A stretch of 64,000 bases of DNA, taken from NCBI RefSeq assembly GCF_044704955.1, contig NC_091994.1, positions 20,026,001 to 20,090,000 of the forward strand. Reading direction: 5' to 3'. Source of the stretch: Pristiophorus japonicus (lineage: Eukaryota). Position 1 is the first letter of the stretch. Every line of letters starts with the position of its first letter. A program made the translations under genes and the position numbers. The notes beneath the pieces are model-generated. The model saw nothing but the letters and a program-made list of their open reading frames with translations. It was not told the DNA's origin and searched no databases. This document shows, piece after piece, positions 1 to 12,039 of this stretch.

Positions 1-19
1 GTCCTGACCAACCTGTTTA

Positions 20-185
20 ACTGTTCCTGCATCTTATTGCTGTTTGTGGTAGCTTGTTGTGTACAAAATGACAACCACATTATAACAACACCCACTGCAT
101 TTAAAAGTATTTTGTTGAACGTGATACACTTGGATATTGCCGAGAGTGTGATAAGGTGCTATATAAATGCAATTGTTTCTTTCTT
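20..185 (+). mobile_element. DeuSINE-type SINE, 3' fragment
   Basis: Matches the 3' half and tail (gtgctatataaatgcaa..ttctttct) of the full copy at 710-1150. Confidence 0.6.
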
Positions 186-709
186 CTGTAAGCTTTCGTT
201 CCTTTCATAATGGGAATGCAGGAATAACTCAGCAACAAAGTAAGCCCAGTTCCTCTCATAAAGCCGAGTACTGGCAGGGAGCAGAGAATGCCCACATCGG
301 GAAAAACTCAGGGATCGCCAGTGGAAGAACACCTGTATATGTCAGAGTCTGACTCACGGACGAACGTTACAATGGAGCTGTGGAAAAGTCAGCAGTTCCA
401 CCTGCCTACATCATCGCCAGGAGCTTCCTGCTGAGGGAGATGAAGGCACATCAGTGTAAAAGGGAGGGCTGGAAACATTGGGGTAAACATCCATTAAAAC
501 AGAGTGGAAAACACTCTATTTTAAATATGAGGCACGTTTTACATCCATGGAAAATAGTGAATGAATTGCTTTCAGGTGGCAAGTTAATGTACTTTGTTAC
601 TTAGCAGTTATAATTCAAGAAAATAATTTTCAGCAACGAATTAACTTTGGAGCAATTCACTTCTAACTTCTGAGTTTGTTGACATTTTGAATTTGCTAGT
701 ATTTAAAGT

Positions 710-1150
710 ATCAGCCGTGGCTCAGTGGGTAGCACACTTGCCTCTAAGTCAGAAGGTTGCAGGTTTATGTCCCACTCCAGGAACTTGAGCATGTGCTGAC
801 ATGCCAGTGCAATGCTGAGGGAGTGCTGCACCATCCACCTTTCAGATGAGATGTTAAACCAACGCTCTGTCTGATCTCTCAGGTGGACATAAAAGGATCC
901 CATGGCACTATTTTGAAGAAGAGCAGGGGAGTTATCTCCAGTGTCTTGGCCAATATTTATCCCCTTAATCAACATAACAAGAACAGATTATCTGGTCATT
1001 ATCACATTGCTGTTTGCTGTGGGCAAATTGGCTGCTGTGTTTCCTACATTACAAAAGTGACTACACTCCAAAAGTACTTCACTGGCTGTAAAGCGCTTTG
1101 AGACATCCGGTGGTTGTGAAAGATGCTATATAAATCCAAGTCTTTCTTAT
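710..1150 (+). mobile_element. tRNA-derived DeuSINE (SacSINE1-like), near full length
   Basis: Pol III A-box head (gccgtggctcagtgggtagca), Deu-like core (ctcaggtggacataaaaggatcccatggcactattttgaagaagagcagggg) and tail gctatataaat..tctttctt; many copies in the window. Confidence 0.8.
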
Positions 1151-1570
1151 TTTGATGGCGACTTTTAACAATCAATAAAAAAAAACATGATGCACCTCTT
1201 CCATGCTAAGATGGTATTTTCACAATCACGGCAACAGCAACAGAAGGAGGCAGTGTTGTCAATGCCCAAGCGTGAGGCAGGCTGCTCAGGTGAAGGACAG
1301 ATTAGTTGGCAGAGGAACAGGCCAGTTTATTTTGTACTGGTTTTCACCCCATTGATTGAAAGTGCTTTTACAAGTATTTGTGTAGTTAAAATGGCAGGAA
1401 AGCGGCATATGTGCACTAGCTTCCTGCATTTGCATTGCTTAAGCAGATCTTAGTTGGTACGGTGCTAAGGACACTACAACTGCCTCGGTGCCTCTGGGCA
1501 TGGCTGATAAACAATAAATCAGGCAAGGGTTTCGAGGCTCCTGGACAATATCCACTGCTGGAAAGCGCAT

Positions 1571-2362
1571 GGGGCCGAAATTCAGGCTTCCGATAAGGCC
1601 CGTTACTACCGGAATGCGGCGTCCATGCGGTGGAATCCAATGGCCGCCGATTTCTGGTCGAATGGCCGCCGCCAGACAAATTCAGCAGGGGCGCCGGTTT
1701 CTGGCGGTCCCCACTTCCACCCCATTGCTGCCGAGCGGCCGTGAGTGCGTCATCAGTGCGAGCACCGACGGGACCCCCACCTCCCTTGAAATTGAGGCCT
1801 AAAAATCTAGTGCCCGCCGAGCGGTGCCCCCGACAGCTTTCTCTGTCGGTGCACCTTGTATTCTTTCTGTGAGCTTTGGCTGCGTGCCGGCCATTAAAGA
1901 CAAGGGCCCACTGCTGCAGCCGCCATTTTTTTTTTTGTCGGACGACTTCCATGTCCACTGGACTATTGTGCCCCCGGGTTCGGCCAGGCCGCCAACAGGC
2001 AGCCTAACACCCCCTCTTGGGTGCCAGGCCTGTGGCTCAGCCGAAACCCTCATTGGTGGCCCAGTGGGCCAAACCTCAATAATTGCCGATTCTCTCCCCT
2101 TTAAAGATACTGGGTGATGCAGACGCGCAATGACATCACCACGCTCCGCCGCTGAGTGACAGTGGCGGAGAATCCGTCCCACCTCCACTTCCGCCCCTCA
2201 CCAGCACTTACCGCCACACCTCCGCCCCCATTAGGACCGACTTCTTGGCGGCGTCAAAAAAAAGGGCAAAGCTGAATATCGATTAAAAGTCGACCTCATC
2301 CTACCCGGCCGTGAAAACACTTAAAAAATGGTAAGTGCACCAGGTTTCTGGCGGGCCTGAAT
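1571..2362. mobile_element. Non-autonomous PIF/Harbinger-like DNA element (MITE family A)
   Basis: Starts GGGGCCGAAATTCAGG. Colinear and similar along its length to 10175-10944. Right TIR partly lost. GC/CpG rich. Confidence 0.7.
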
Positions 2363-3000
2363 GTGTTTGAATGTTGAGTGAGGAGCAACTTAGGATGAAT
2401 TTTGATTCCCACGCAATCCAATAGTCTGCCAGCATTCATCATCTAGGTTCACTCATCAAGAATAGTCACTTGGGCCTGGAGGTGGTCACTCTGTAACCAA
2501 CATCCTAATCTCAGTTCAGCCTCAACGGGGTTCATTTTGACTGCCTTCGCCTGGCGTTAACAGGGTGGTAATGGCCTCAAAATATGGTTGGTAGCCTTAC
2601 CGTCCCATTAATACAGGCGACGCAGCTGGCTCCATTTTGAAAGGGGCCTACCTCCAGATATCCAAAGCCTGTTTCAGATGATAGGCCCTTTATAATATGG
2701 AGATGGCAAGGGGTTCCTATGACGTAAGTAGTATCCCGATTGCAATTTTAGGTCAGAATGGTCGGACCGATCAGGTCAACAGTTGATGGAGCCAAAGCAG
2801 TCGCCAAAGGTAAATGTTGAATTATTTTGTGGGCTTTGGAGGAGCCCACAGTGATAATCTGGGCCGTTTCTGCCTCGGGACTCGTACCTTGCCTGATCAC
2901 AGCACCCCCTTCCCCACCCCTCCTCATCTTACCTTGTTGGCGGCCGCCCACCCTGATCTTGAGGCCTCAATCCAACGACCTGCACCGTGGAACTGCAATG

Positions 3001-3566
3001 CTAACTCTGTTTCTCTCTCCACAGACGCTGCCTGACCTGCTGACTATTTCCAACGGTGGCAAAGACCTTTGTGAGGTCAAAGAACATACTCGACCAGTTC
3101 CGTTGGGCGGACCACATTGTCCGCATGCCCGACACGAAACTCCCAAAGCAAGCGACCTACTCTGAACTCCTACACAGCAAGCGAGCCCCAGGTGGGCAGA
3201 GGAAATGTTTCAAGGACACCCTCAAAGCCTCCTTGATAAAGTGCAATGTCCCCACCGACACCTGGGAGTCCCTGGCCAAAGATTGCCCTAAGTGGAGGAA
3301 GAGTATCCGGGAGGGCGCTGAGCACCTCGAGTCACGTCGCCGAGAGCATGCAGGAAATGAGCAGAGGCAGCGGAAGGAGCGTACGTCAACCCAGACTCCC
3401 CACCCACCCTTTCCTTCAACCACTGTCTGCCCCGCCTGTGACAGAGACTGTAATTCCCGTATTGGACTGTTCAGCCACCTGAGAACTCACTTTTAGAGTT
3501 TTCGAGATTTCGAGGGACTGCCTATGATGATGGATGATTTCCAACATTTTCTGTTTTTATTTCAGA
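3001..3566 (+). mobile_element. Penelope-type terminal-repeat remnant interrupted by an RTE insertion
   Basis: ctctccacagacgctgcctgacctgctgactatttccaac ... atttccaacattttctgtttttatttcaga matches the right arm of 5314-5506. Confidence 0.65.
3055..3536 (+). mobile_element. RTE-clade LINE 3' fragment
   Basis: ORF end RWADHIVRMPDTKLPKQ...CPACDRDCNSRIGLFSHLRTHF (C2H2-like finger), (ATG)n tail, 9-bp TSD ATTTCCAAC at 3046-3054 and 3537-3545. Confidence 0.85.
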
Positions 3567-4432
3567 AACCTCATGTTTCCGGCCGTTGGCAGAAGCCACA
3601 CTGATTTCCATTAGGCCCTTGCTCCTCTGGGGCCGGCGGACTTCCTGTGCCTGAAATTAACCAAGTCAAAATGGTGGGGAGGGTATTTGTGGGGGGTGGT
3701 GGCAGGATCGCGTCAAGTGAACGATGAGACTGTAATTTAATTTAAAGGCTCGGGGGCTCATGTGGAATTATAAACTGACGAGGACCAAGCGTGATCAGTT
3801 TATGGCTATCACCTGAAGTGAAATCTATTGTTCACTGTCTGGTGAAATAACTTAGTGTAATAGGCACCAAAGTCTTAGTAAACCAAAGTCAGTGATATTG
3901 CCAAACATCTGCAGTGTAGATAGGGAAAGGATTGAAAACTGAAGCTATCTCCGTTATATAACCTCTACAGAATATACTGTCACAAGCTTCACAATAGACT
4001 GTAATGAGGAATTAATTTGAGTTCTAAATTAGAATTTTAAGGGAATTAAGAGAAGTCTAAAGGGATTATATTGCAATGGGAAGCCAAAGCACAAGACTAT
4101 GACGCCATATGGCGTATTATAAAAAATATTATTGTAGCTGAGCCATACAAATCAGAAAGTCTAAGGCTCAATCCCCAATCATTGCTGAGTTAGTCAAACT
4201 CAGCCAGAGTAACAGTTGAATTGCCCTCAAAACCCTTGGGCTAGGGAATGGTGTGGTGTGGGGGCGGGGAGCGGAGGGGGGGGGGGGGAGGAATCGGCAC
4301 TAGTTCCCACTCCTGATCACTGTCCATTGATCCTTACTGCAGATGTCGGAAGAGGATAGGATCTGTCTCGGATGCAGTGTGGCCAAGGTCAGGTAAACGG
4401 TTTATGTTTATGCAGCGAAGTCGTAAACTGGA

Positions 4433-4757
4433 GAAAGACTTTCATGAGCTCAAGACGTCCCAAAGCGTTTTACAGCCAACAAAGTACTTTTGAAGTGTAG
4501 TCACTGTTTTCTAATGTAGGAAACACGGAAATGCATACAGCAAGCTCCCACTAAAAGCAATGTGATAATGGCCAGATAATTCGCTATAGTGATGTTGACT
4601 GAGGGATAAATATCCCAGGACACTAGAGATAACTCCCATGCTCTTCTTTGAATAGTGACATAGGATCTTTTATGTCCACCTGAGAGAGCAGACTTGAATC
4701 CACACCCTTCTGACTCAGAGGTGAGGCTGCTACCACAACTGACACCAACTGCTGACA
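4433..4757 (-). mobile_element. DeuSINE-type SINE (internally deleted)
   Basis: Reverse complement of the head, Deu core and tail seen at 710-1150. Confidence 0.75.
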
Positions 4758-4804
4758 CTCACTGCAATCGGTTTCATAAGTCCAAGCTATCACGCATAGT
4801 ACAG

Positions 4805-5095
4805 GATTAGTAACCTTCTGGTTGTGAGTTCAAATTCCACCTTGGCAAGTTATGAAATTGAATTCAATAAACCTTATAATTTGATCATGAGAGCTGCCAT
4901 ATTGTATTAAAGACCCAATTGTGTCATAAATGTCCTTTCAGGGAAAGTAATCTACCACTCCTACCTGGCCTGACTTAAATAACCACACTATATGATTGAC
5001 TCTTAATGCCCTCCGAAGTAGCCTTGCAGTTGTCAGGGCATTAAGGGTAGGCAATAAGGATATGGTTTTACCAGTATCACCCACATCCTGAGAAT
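4805..5095 (+). mobile_element. SINE with a CR1-clade-type tail (HE1-like)
   Basis: B-box-like gagttcaaattcc and tail gggcattaagggtaggcaataa..cacatcctgagaat; same tail at 16567-16660 (+) and 17657-17880 (-). Family name is tentative. Confidence 0.5.
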
Positions 5096-5313
5096 AAGTT
5101 TTGCAAAAATAGAATAGCCACAACTTTTGCCATTAGAATGTTGAAGAAAGCAAAGTGACTTTTCAAAGTGCAATTGGGACATGATCTACTAAAAATTTTT
5201 TTAAAAGGCTTCCTTTTGATCAAAATAGTACAGATTCGCATTGACCATGCAAATACTTCCGAATGAACCAAAAGTATTTTTAGCCATCATTAATCAGCTG
5301 CTTCTTTCTACTT

Positions 5314-5506
5314 ATAAAAACAGAAAATGCTGGAAATCTCAGTGGGTCAGGCAGCATCTTTTTTTCTTGTTCTGACGAAGGGGCATCGACCTGAAACGTT
5401 AATTCTGTTTTTCACTCCACAGATGCTGCCTGACCCGCTGAGATTTCCAGCATTTTCTGTTTTTATTTCAGATTCCAGCATCCGCAATATTTTGCTTTTA
5501 CATTGT
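5314..5506 (+). mobile_element. 193-bp fold-back Penelope-type element with a hammerhead ribozyme core and 15-bp TSD
   Basis: TSD TGCTTCTTTCTACTT at 5299-5313 and 5507-5521; 46-bp inverted arms 5314-5359 and 5421-5466 (45/46 match); CTGACGA (5372-5378) ... GAAACGTT (5393-5400) in the loop. Confidence 0.8.
5369..5403 (+). ncRNA. Minimal type I hammerhead ribozyme motif (possibly decayed)
   Basis: GUU-CUGACGA-AGG(ggcaucga)CCU-GAAA-CGUU-AAU: conserved core boxes, short stems I and II, palindromic ACGU in place of stem III. Confidence 0.6.
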
Positions 5507-5880
5507 TGCTTCTTTCTACTTGTTCAGGGTGTGTGTGTAACAGCTTAATATCTCATATCTGCCTCAGCAAGGTTCGCTGATTCATAACCGAGGCAGCATC
5601 CTATCAGGCTGTTCTTAGGAAGCCTCGGTTCCTGGAAAGCCCGGTTTCAGATTTAGCTGTGGAGGTGCTATGCTGGCTGCTGTGTCAAGTTGCTCTTGCG
5701 CAAGACCCTCTCTCTGGCGCAATGGCAACTTCTACTGGTGACTAGGTGTTAGTAACATCATAAAAATGACTTTGCAAGCAACAAAGAACTCATGAAACCT
5801 TGAAGTTATGATCCACCAGAGGAAACTTTCCACATTGTAGAGACATTCTTATCTTGCTATTGTTTAAACTATGCTAAAAG

Positions 5881-6547
5881 CATCATCGTCATAGGCAGTC
5901 TCTCGAAATCGAGGAAGACTTGCTTCCACTCTAAAAGTGAGTTCTCAGGTGACTGAACAGTCCAATACCGGAATCACAGTCTCTGTCACAGGTTTGCCAG
6001 ACAGTCGTTGAAGGAAAGGGTGGGTGGGGAGCCTGGTTTGCCGCACGCTCCTTCCGCTGCCTGTACTTGCTTTCTGCATGCTCTCGATGACGAGACTCAA
6101 GGTGCTCAGCACTCTCCCAGATGCTTTTCCTCCAATTAGGGCAGACTTTGGCCAGGGTATCTCAGGTGTCAGTGGGGATGTTGCACTTTATCAAGGAGGT
6201 TTGAGGGTGTCCTTGAAACGTTTCCTCTGCCCACCTGGGGCTCGCTTGTCGTGTAGGAGTTCCGAGTAGAGCGCTTGCTTTGGGAGTCTTGTGTCGGACA
6301 TGTGGACGATGTGGCCCGCCCAACAGAGCTGGTCGAGTGTGGTCAGTGCTTCGATGCTGTGGATGTTGGCCTGATCGAGAACACTGACATTCATGGGAAT
6401 TTGTAGGATCTTGCGGAGACAGCGTTGGTGGTATTTCTCCAGCGATTTGAGGTGTCTGCTGTATATGGCCCACATCTCTGAGCCATATAGGAGGGCGGGT
6501 CTCACTGCAGTCCTGCAGACCATAAGTTTGGTAGCAGATTTGAGGTC
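5881..6547 (-). mobile_element. RTE-clade LINE 3' fragment
   Basis: ORF LKSATKLMV..LLYGSEMW..SLEKYHQRCLRKIL..GGQRKRFKDTLK; (ATG)n-like tail at 5881. Confidence 0.85.
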
Positions 6548-6829
6548 GTGTGATGAGCAACGTGTGATTGGCATGACACTTGTTTTATTTTTCTTGTGTA
6601 AATAAGCTACAAAAGTTGCAAACTGTACTTCGTCCAGTGCCTCTTTAACACCTCTTTCTCTAATGGTAGCGGTAAATGCAACAGAGTCTATGTTGTCTGG
6701 GAGTGAGGAATGTGACAAGTTTGCAAGTGTCTGGGATGATGCAGCTGTATTCTGTTCAACCTATAACTGCTGCAGGGCAACAGGAATGTTGTCATTTGGC
6801 ATGAAACGCATGAATGACACCCACAGTGT

Positions 6830-8177
6830 GGTACTTAACCAAGACTCTGCCTTCAACAAGAGTGTCCTCGACTCCATCCCGCAGCATGCTACCTGCCACC
6901 ATCGCAGCACAAGGTAGAAAAGGCCATCTGTCAGCTCAAGAACACAAGGCATCAGATGGAATCCCCGCTGGGGCACTAAAGTATGGTGGAGAAGCACTAT
7001 TGGCATGAATGCATGACCTCATCTCTCTTATCTGGAAGGAGGAGAGTATGCTGGGAGACATCAGAGATGCCGTAATCATGACCATCTTCAAAAAAGGGGA
7101 CAAGTCCGACTGTGGCAACTACAGAGGAATCTCCCTGCTTTCAGCCACTGGGAAAGTCATTGCAAGAATCCTCCTCAACCATCTTCTCCCTGTGGCTGAA
7201 GAACTCCCTCAGAGTCACAATGCAGATTCCGTCCACTAAGGGGTACAACGGACATGATCTTCACCTCTCGACAACTACAAGAGAAATGCAGGAAACAGCA
7301 CCAACCCTTTGTACATGGCCTTCTTTGGCCTCAAAAAGGCCTTTGACACTGTCAACCGTGAGGGACTATGGAGCATCCTCCTCCGTTTCGGTAGGTCACC
7401 ATCCTCCGCCTGCTCCACGACGACATGCAAGCCATGATCCTGACCAACGGATCCACCACAGACCCAATCCATGTCCAGACCAGGATCAAGCAGGGCTGTG
7501 TCATCGCACCAACACTCTTCTCAATCTTCCTTCCAGCAATGCTTCATCTCACTCTCAACAAGCTCCCCACTGTAGTGGAACTAAACTATAGAACCAATGG
7601 GAACCTGTTCAACCTTCGTCGCCTCCAGGCTAGATCCAAGACCGTCCCATCTGTCATCGAACTACAGTACGCGGACGACTCTTGCGTCAGCGCACATTCT
7701 GAGGCCGAACTCCAAGCCATCGTCAGCACCTTCACCGAGGCGTACGAAAGCATGGGCCTTACACTAAAGATCCGTAAGACAAAAGTCCTCCACCAACGTG
7801 CCCAGCCACACAGCACTGCACCTCCCCCTCCCCCAGTCAGCAAAATCCATGGCATGGCTGTGGACAACGTGGACCATTTTCCATACCTCGGAAGTCTACT
7901 ATCAGCAAGGGCAGACATCGATGACGAGGTCCAACACCACCTCCAGTTTGCCAGCGCAGCCTTCGGTCGTCTGCTTATGGTCTACAGGGCAGTAGTGATA
8001 CCCACCCTCCTATGTGGCTCAGAGATGTGGACTGTGCACAATAGACACCTCAAAGCGCTGGAGAAGTACCACCGGCACTGCCTCCGCAAGATCCTGCCAA
8101 TCCACTGGGAGGATAGACACACCAACGTGGAAGCAAGTCATCCTCGTTTCGAGGGACTGCCTATGATGATGATGATG
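6830..8177 (+). mobile_element. RTE-clade LINE, decayed RT region and tail
   Basis: RT motifs TIFKKGDKSDCGNYRGISLLS, KQGCVIAPTLF, ELQYADD, FPYLGS; frameshifts and deletions; (ATG)n tail. Confidence 0.9.
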
Positions 8178-9189
8178 ACTGACTCATCCAGACCGGGAGA
8201 GTCCCAGGTTCGATCTTAGCCTGGCTGTTGGCGAGGCCAGTACAGTTGGGTTTGGTTTTAGTGATAGGAAGAAAATTAGGCAAGGGTTCCTGCTCTTGAT
8301 CATTATCCACTGATCCAGATGGCAAGTTTGTGTATAAGGGCCCGATTGTGAGGTTTGATCTCCACGAACAAATAGTAATCTAGCACTAATGGTCTAGTTC
8401 ACAAGCGGAGACTGGTCACTTCGACGCGTTATCAGAGGGTTATCATTACCATTCCCTAACACAAGCTATTGCCTCTATGAGGGGAGAAAAGGGGGAAAAA
8501 TTTTCACTTAACTCATGTATGATTGATCATAATAACAGTGATCAATGATAAAATCTTAGTAACAGTGACTCTCCTAACAAATAATGTCTGATACTATGTT
8601 TCGTGTTGTGTTTTCTCACCATTTTGCTTCCCTCCCCTCCTCCCCAGGCATTAACCTTTTCCTCCAATAGGGTCCTATGAGCATTAGTCACCCTTCGGTA
8701 CCTCCTTGGCCAAGTGATCGTTATCCATTTCAAAGCCTTCAGAATGTATGTTGTCAGGTTATTCAACTATGAGGATACCTGACATCCATGTATACAGCTT
8801 TCTAACAAGGATCGATGGAGTGGCAATGGTGGGTGATGCCTTTTCCCCCTTTCCCTAATCAAGGCCACAACAGACAATGTTAGTGCCCCTACCACCATGT
8901 TGCCCGAGGTCACCTAACTCAGCACAGACTGGAAATGTGACCAAGGGCATTTCTGGTCAGTGACTCATTGTCTAAATCTGGCAAGCCATCGAGGCAGTTC
9001 TCCTTTATTACTAAGTACAAGAATCCTTTCCTGTTGGAAAAAAAGCTGCCCAGGTCATCACACTGGCTCACTTTCCAACTGATCTTGTTAGGAGGAGCAG
9101 CATTTCTTTTGGAGCTTTAACTGTGCCATTATATCAAACTTTCATTGGCAAGAGCATGCACGCTGTAAAGCTGTAAATTAGGTCTGTAA

Positions 9190-9460
9190 ATCAGGCGCCT
9201 ACACGTGCAGTTAAACGTGAAAATCTGGGAGTTGCTGTCAGTGATACCCTGTTCCTTCGCAGGGTACGTTATTGTAATCTTCACGGATGCAATCAGCTCA
9301 CAACCAGTGATTTGACATGAATGTAAACCTTTTACACACTTTTCTCACTGTAAAAACCATTGAAAAAGTTAAGCCTTGTTAAATGAGATGTAACTGAGTT
9401 TTTAACAGCGTGCTAAGTTATAATTACTGCTGAATAATCTCTCTGGCCCTCAAAAACTAA
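9190..9460 (+). mobile_element. Fragment of a DNA element family also present at 63595-64000
   Basis: gcagttaaacgtgaaaatctgggagttgctgtcagtgataccctg resembles 63685-63730; ataattactgc..ctctctgg..aaaa resembles 63880-63915. Confidence 0.6.
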
Positions 9461-10174
9461 AAACCACTTGGACCAATAAGGTCCCAGGTTCAATGCAAAG
9501 ACTCAGTTGGAACAGTGGTGCAACCTAAGCACCCTGATTCATAGAGCAAGCGAATCCACCATCCATTTTGACTTACAGCAGAAAATTGAAGGGGATCCAA
9601 TATTTCTACATTACATCAGTGACTACCGTTCAAAAGTACTTCATTGGCTGTAAAGCACTTTGGGATATCCTGAGATCATGAAAGGTGCAATATAAATGCA
9701 AGCCTTTCTTTCTTTTTCTTCTTCTTATTGGTCCCCACTCTAGTTTCTGATTCAGCCCAACCCAGTACCACCCAAAACAAGGGGTGATCAATTTGCAAAG
9801 TCATGCTTGAGTGTCATTAGACTATGCAACAAAGGTTAGTGGTGGACAGGGACAGATTGGTTTCATGAACGAAGGATGGTTTGGGATTTAGGACTCCGAT
9901 AATATAGCACTAACGCTCACGGAATCACTCGGGAAATCTCCCGATTTCTCATGTCGCTAGTCCATTCCTGGTGGTGAGAATCACAGCCAAGCCTAATTCT
10001 CATCAGATACCCCCGCAACCAGTACTTTCCAGAGTAATTAGTGGACAGCGATCAGGAGTACAAAGTCTGACGGATTTTTCTTAAGACCAATTGTATCAAT
10101 GCCCCAGCAAAGATCAGGTAACTCAGCATCATTCGAGCATGGAGCTAGATACCCACCTGCTATTTAGTCAGTGG

Positions 10175-10944
10175 GGGGGCTAAAATTCAGGGTCTGGAAA
10201 AGGCCCGTTACGGCCGTTTTGTGGTGGCCATACGGCGGAATCGAGTGGCCACCACGTTCCAGTCCATTGGTCGCCCAGACCCAAATTCAGCTCGGGGATC
10301 TTTTAGCCTGTCCCTACTTCCACCCCGCTGCTGCTAACTGCGCAAGCGCGTCATCAAAGCCCGTACCACCGTTTTCCCGCACCTCCAGTACACTCCGCCC
10401 CAAATGTACCTTAAACAATCGACGAACCGCCGCGCGGTGCCCCCGACAGCTTTTTCTGTCGGTGCACCTTGTTCTGTGTGTGAGTGCGGCACGACAGCGT
10501 GGCGGCCCTTCAAGGGAAGGGCGCACTGCCGCAGCCGCCATGTTTTTATTTTTGCTGGCTGACTTCCCGATCGGCCAGCCAATTATTGCCCCAGATTCAG
10601 CAGGGCTGCCAACAGGCAGCCTGGCATCCCCTCCTGGCCCGGCCGAAACACTCCCTGGTGACCCAGTGGCTGAACCTAAAGAATCGCTGATTCTCTTCCC
10701 TTTAAATGAGGGGAGAGGCGTGGTGACACACACACGCAGAGACTCGGTCCCACCCCAACTTCCGGCCCTCACCAGGACTTACCGCCGCACTTACCGCCCC
10801 ATTGTGACCGACTTTTGGTCCGACGCAAAAAAAAGTTCAAAGTGCAAAAAATCGATCAGAAGACCACCTCATCGCACCCAGCGGTAAAACTTCCAAAAAA
10901 AGGTAAGTGCGCCAGCTTTCTGGCGGGCCTAAATTTCAGCCCCC
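10175..10944. mobile_element. Non-autonomous PIF/Harbinger-like DNA element (MITE family A)
   Basis: TIRs GGGGCTAAAATTCAGG and CCTAAATTTCAGCCCC (14/16); homologous to 1571-2362. Confidence 0.75.
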
Positions 10945-12039
10945 ACATTTCCTAACTGAGCTGGTCAGACAAACCTAATGGGATAGAACTTCGACTTAGG
11001 CGGTAGAGTAGAGCTAGGCGATATCAAAACGGCTGCTCGCTACACACCCCGCCTGATACGCAGCTCCGTTGACCTGAAGAGAACTGAATATCAAGCAGGA
11101 AGTATAACAGACGGTGGAAGAAATACCTCCCATTTAACACTACCACCAAAGACTATTTCTACCACAATGAATAAAGTAAGGTGGCAGTATTCTAAAAAGC
11201 CACACAAGCTGCCTACAGTATCTGACATAGCCAGCTCCAACGTAAAACGCACCTTATTCACAATAATAAGCAAGATGAACTGCCCCTCCAGTTCACAGAG
11301 GGTCTGGGCTTCTCTAAGTTCAAAGCGATTAGTCTTATCACATCGCTGCCATGGGTTGCATCAGTACTGTGTAATTCTTTTGACGTCTATGTGCAGCCGT
11401 GACTCATAAATCTCGAGCTTGTTAATCCATCTGCCATAAATTTTAGCACCATGTTGTGAAAAACAAACCTTTATGGTGGGATTAAAGCAAGATCAGGAGA
11501 AAAGTCAAGGACAAGAAAAAGTCAGCCAGCTCACCCCACCCCCCCCCCCACCGCCCCTCATCCCGCTGGTGTTCCAACTCTCCCGGCCTACCATCCAACT
11601 GTCCTTTATACGGCCTATCTCTACTACTCAGCTTGGCACGTTATTTGTATGAAGGAGTTCCTCTAGTATAGAATCTCAATTTTTCTTAACTGGAATATAT
11701 TTATTCTGGTCCTATTATTGAGCTTTATTTCAAAATAGGATTGATCTTATTTAAACCATTTAATTTTTTTAATATGCCACTGACCCCACTGTGCTTACTA
11801 AAACAGCTATTGCTATGACACTAAAGCTTGGACTTATATATTGCTTTTCACGTCCTCAAGATGTGCCAAAGTGCTTCACAACTAGCGATTTACTATTATT
11901 TTTTAAGTGTATTAAAAGAGAGGATATGGCACGGGGCTGTGTGAAATATGAGGGTTTTTCCCACCAGTAGACTGATGATAAATATTCTTCACACATCATT
12001 GCAGTGCGTACATATTTCTGCTCACCATGCTGTAATTTA

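Noticed and set aside
190-490. Possible exon of a neighbouring gene (minus frame containing LYERNWAYFV)
   Set aside because: The faint resemblance to membrane-protein motifs does not extend, frames after the apparent acceptor hit stops, and no partner exons were found.
710-790. tRNA gene
   Set aside because: The A/B-box-like sequences are SINE heads that continue into the Deu core; there is no complete cloverleaf.
5881-8177. Divergent RTE pair as a single inverted insertion
   Set aside because: Both parts have their own 3' tail and overlapping coding regions, so two insertions are more likely.
7425-8219. 264-aa RT ORF as an active retrotransposon gene
   Set aside because: It is a 5'-truncated, frameshifted, internally deleted RTE remnant with no endonuclease domain.
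10171-10887. 238-aa ORF, and similar ORFs at 1416-2188 and 23771-24214
   Set aside because: They lie within GC-rich MITEs. The frames are not preserved between the two family A copies and show no domain motifs.
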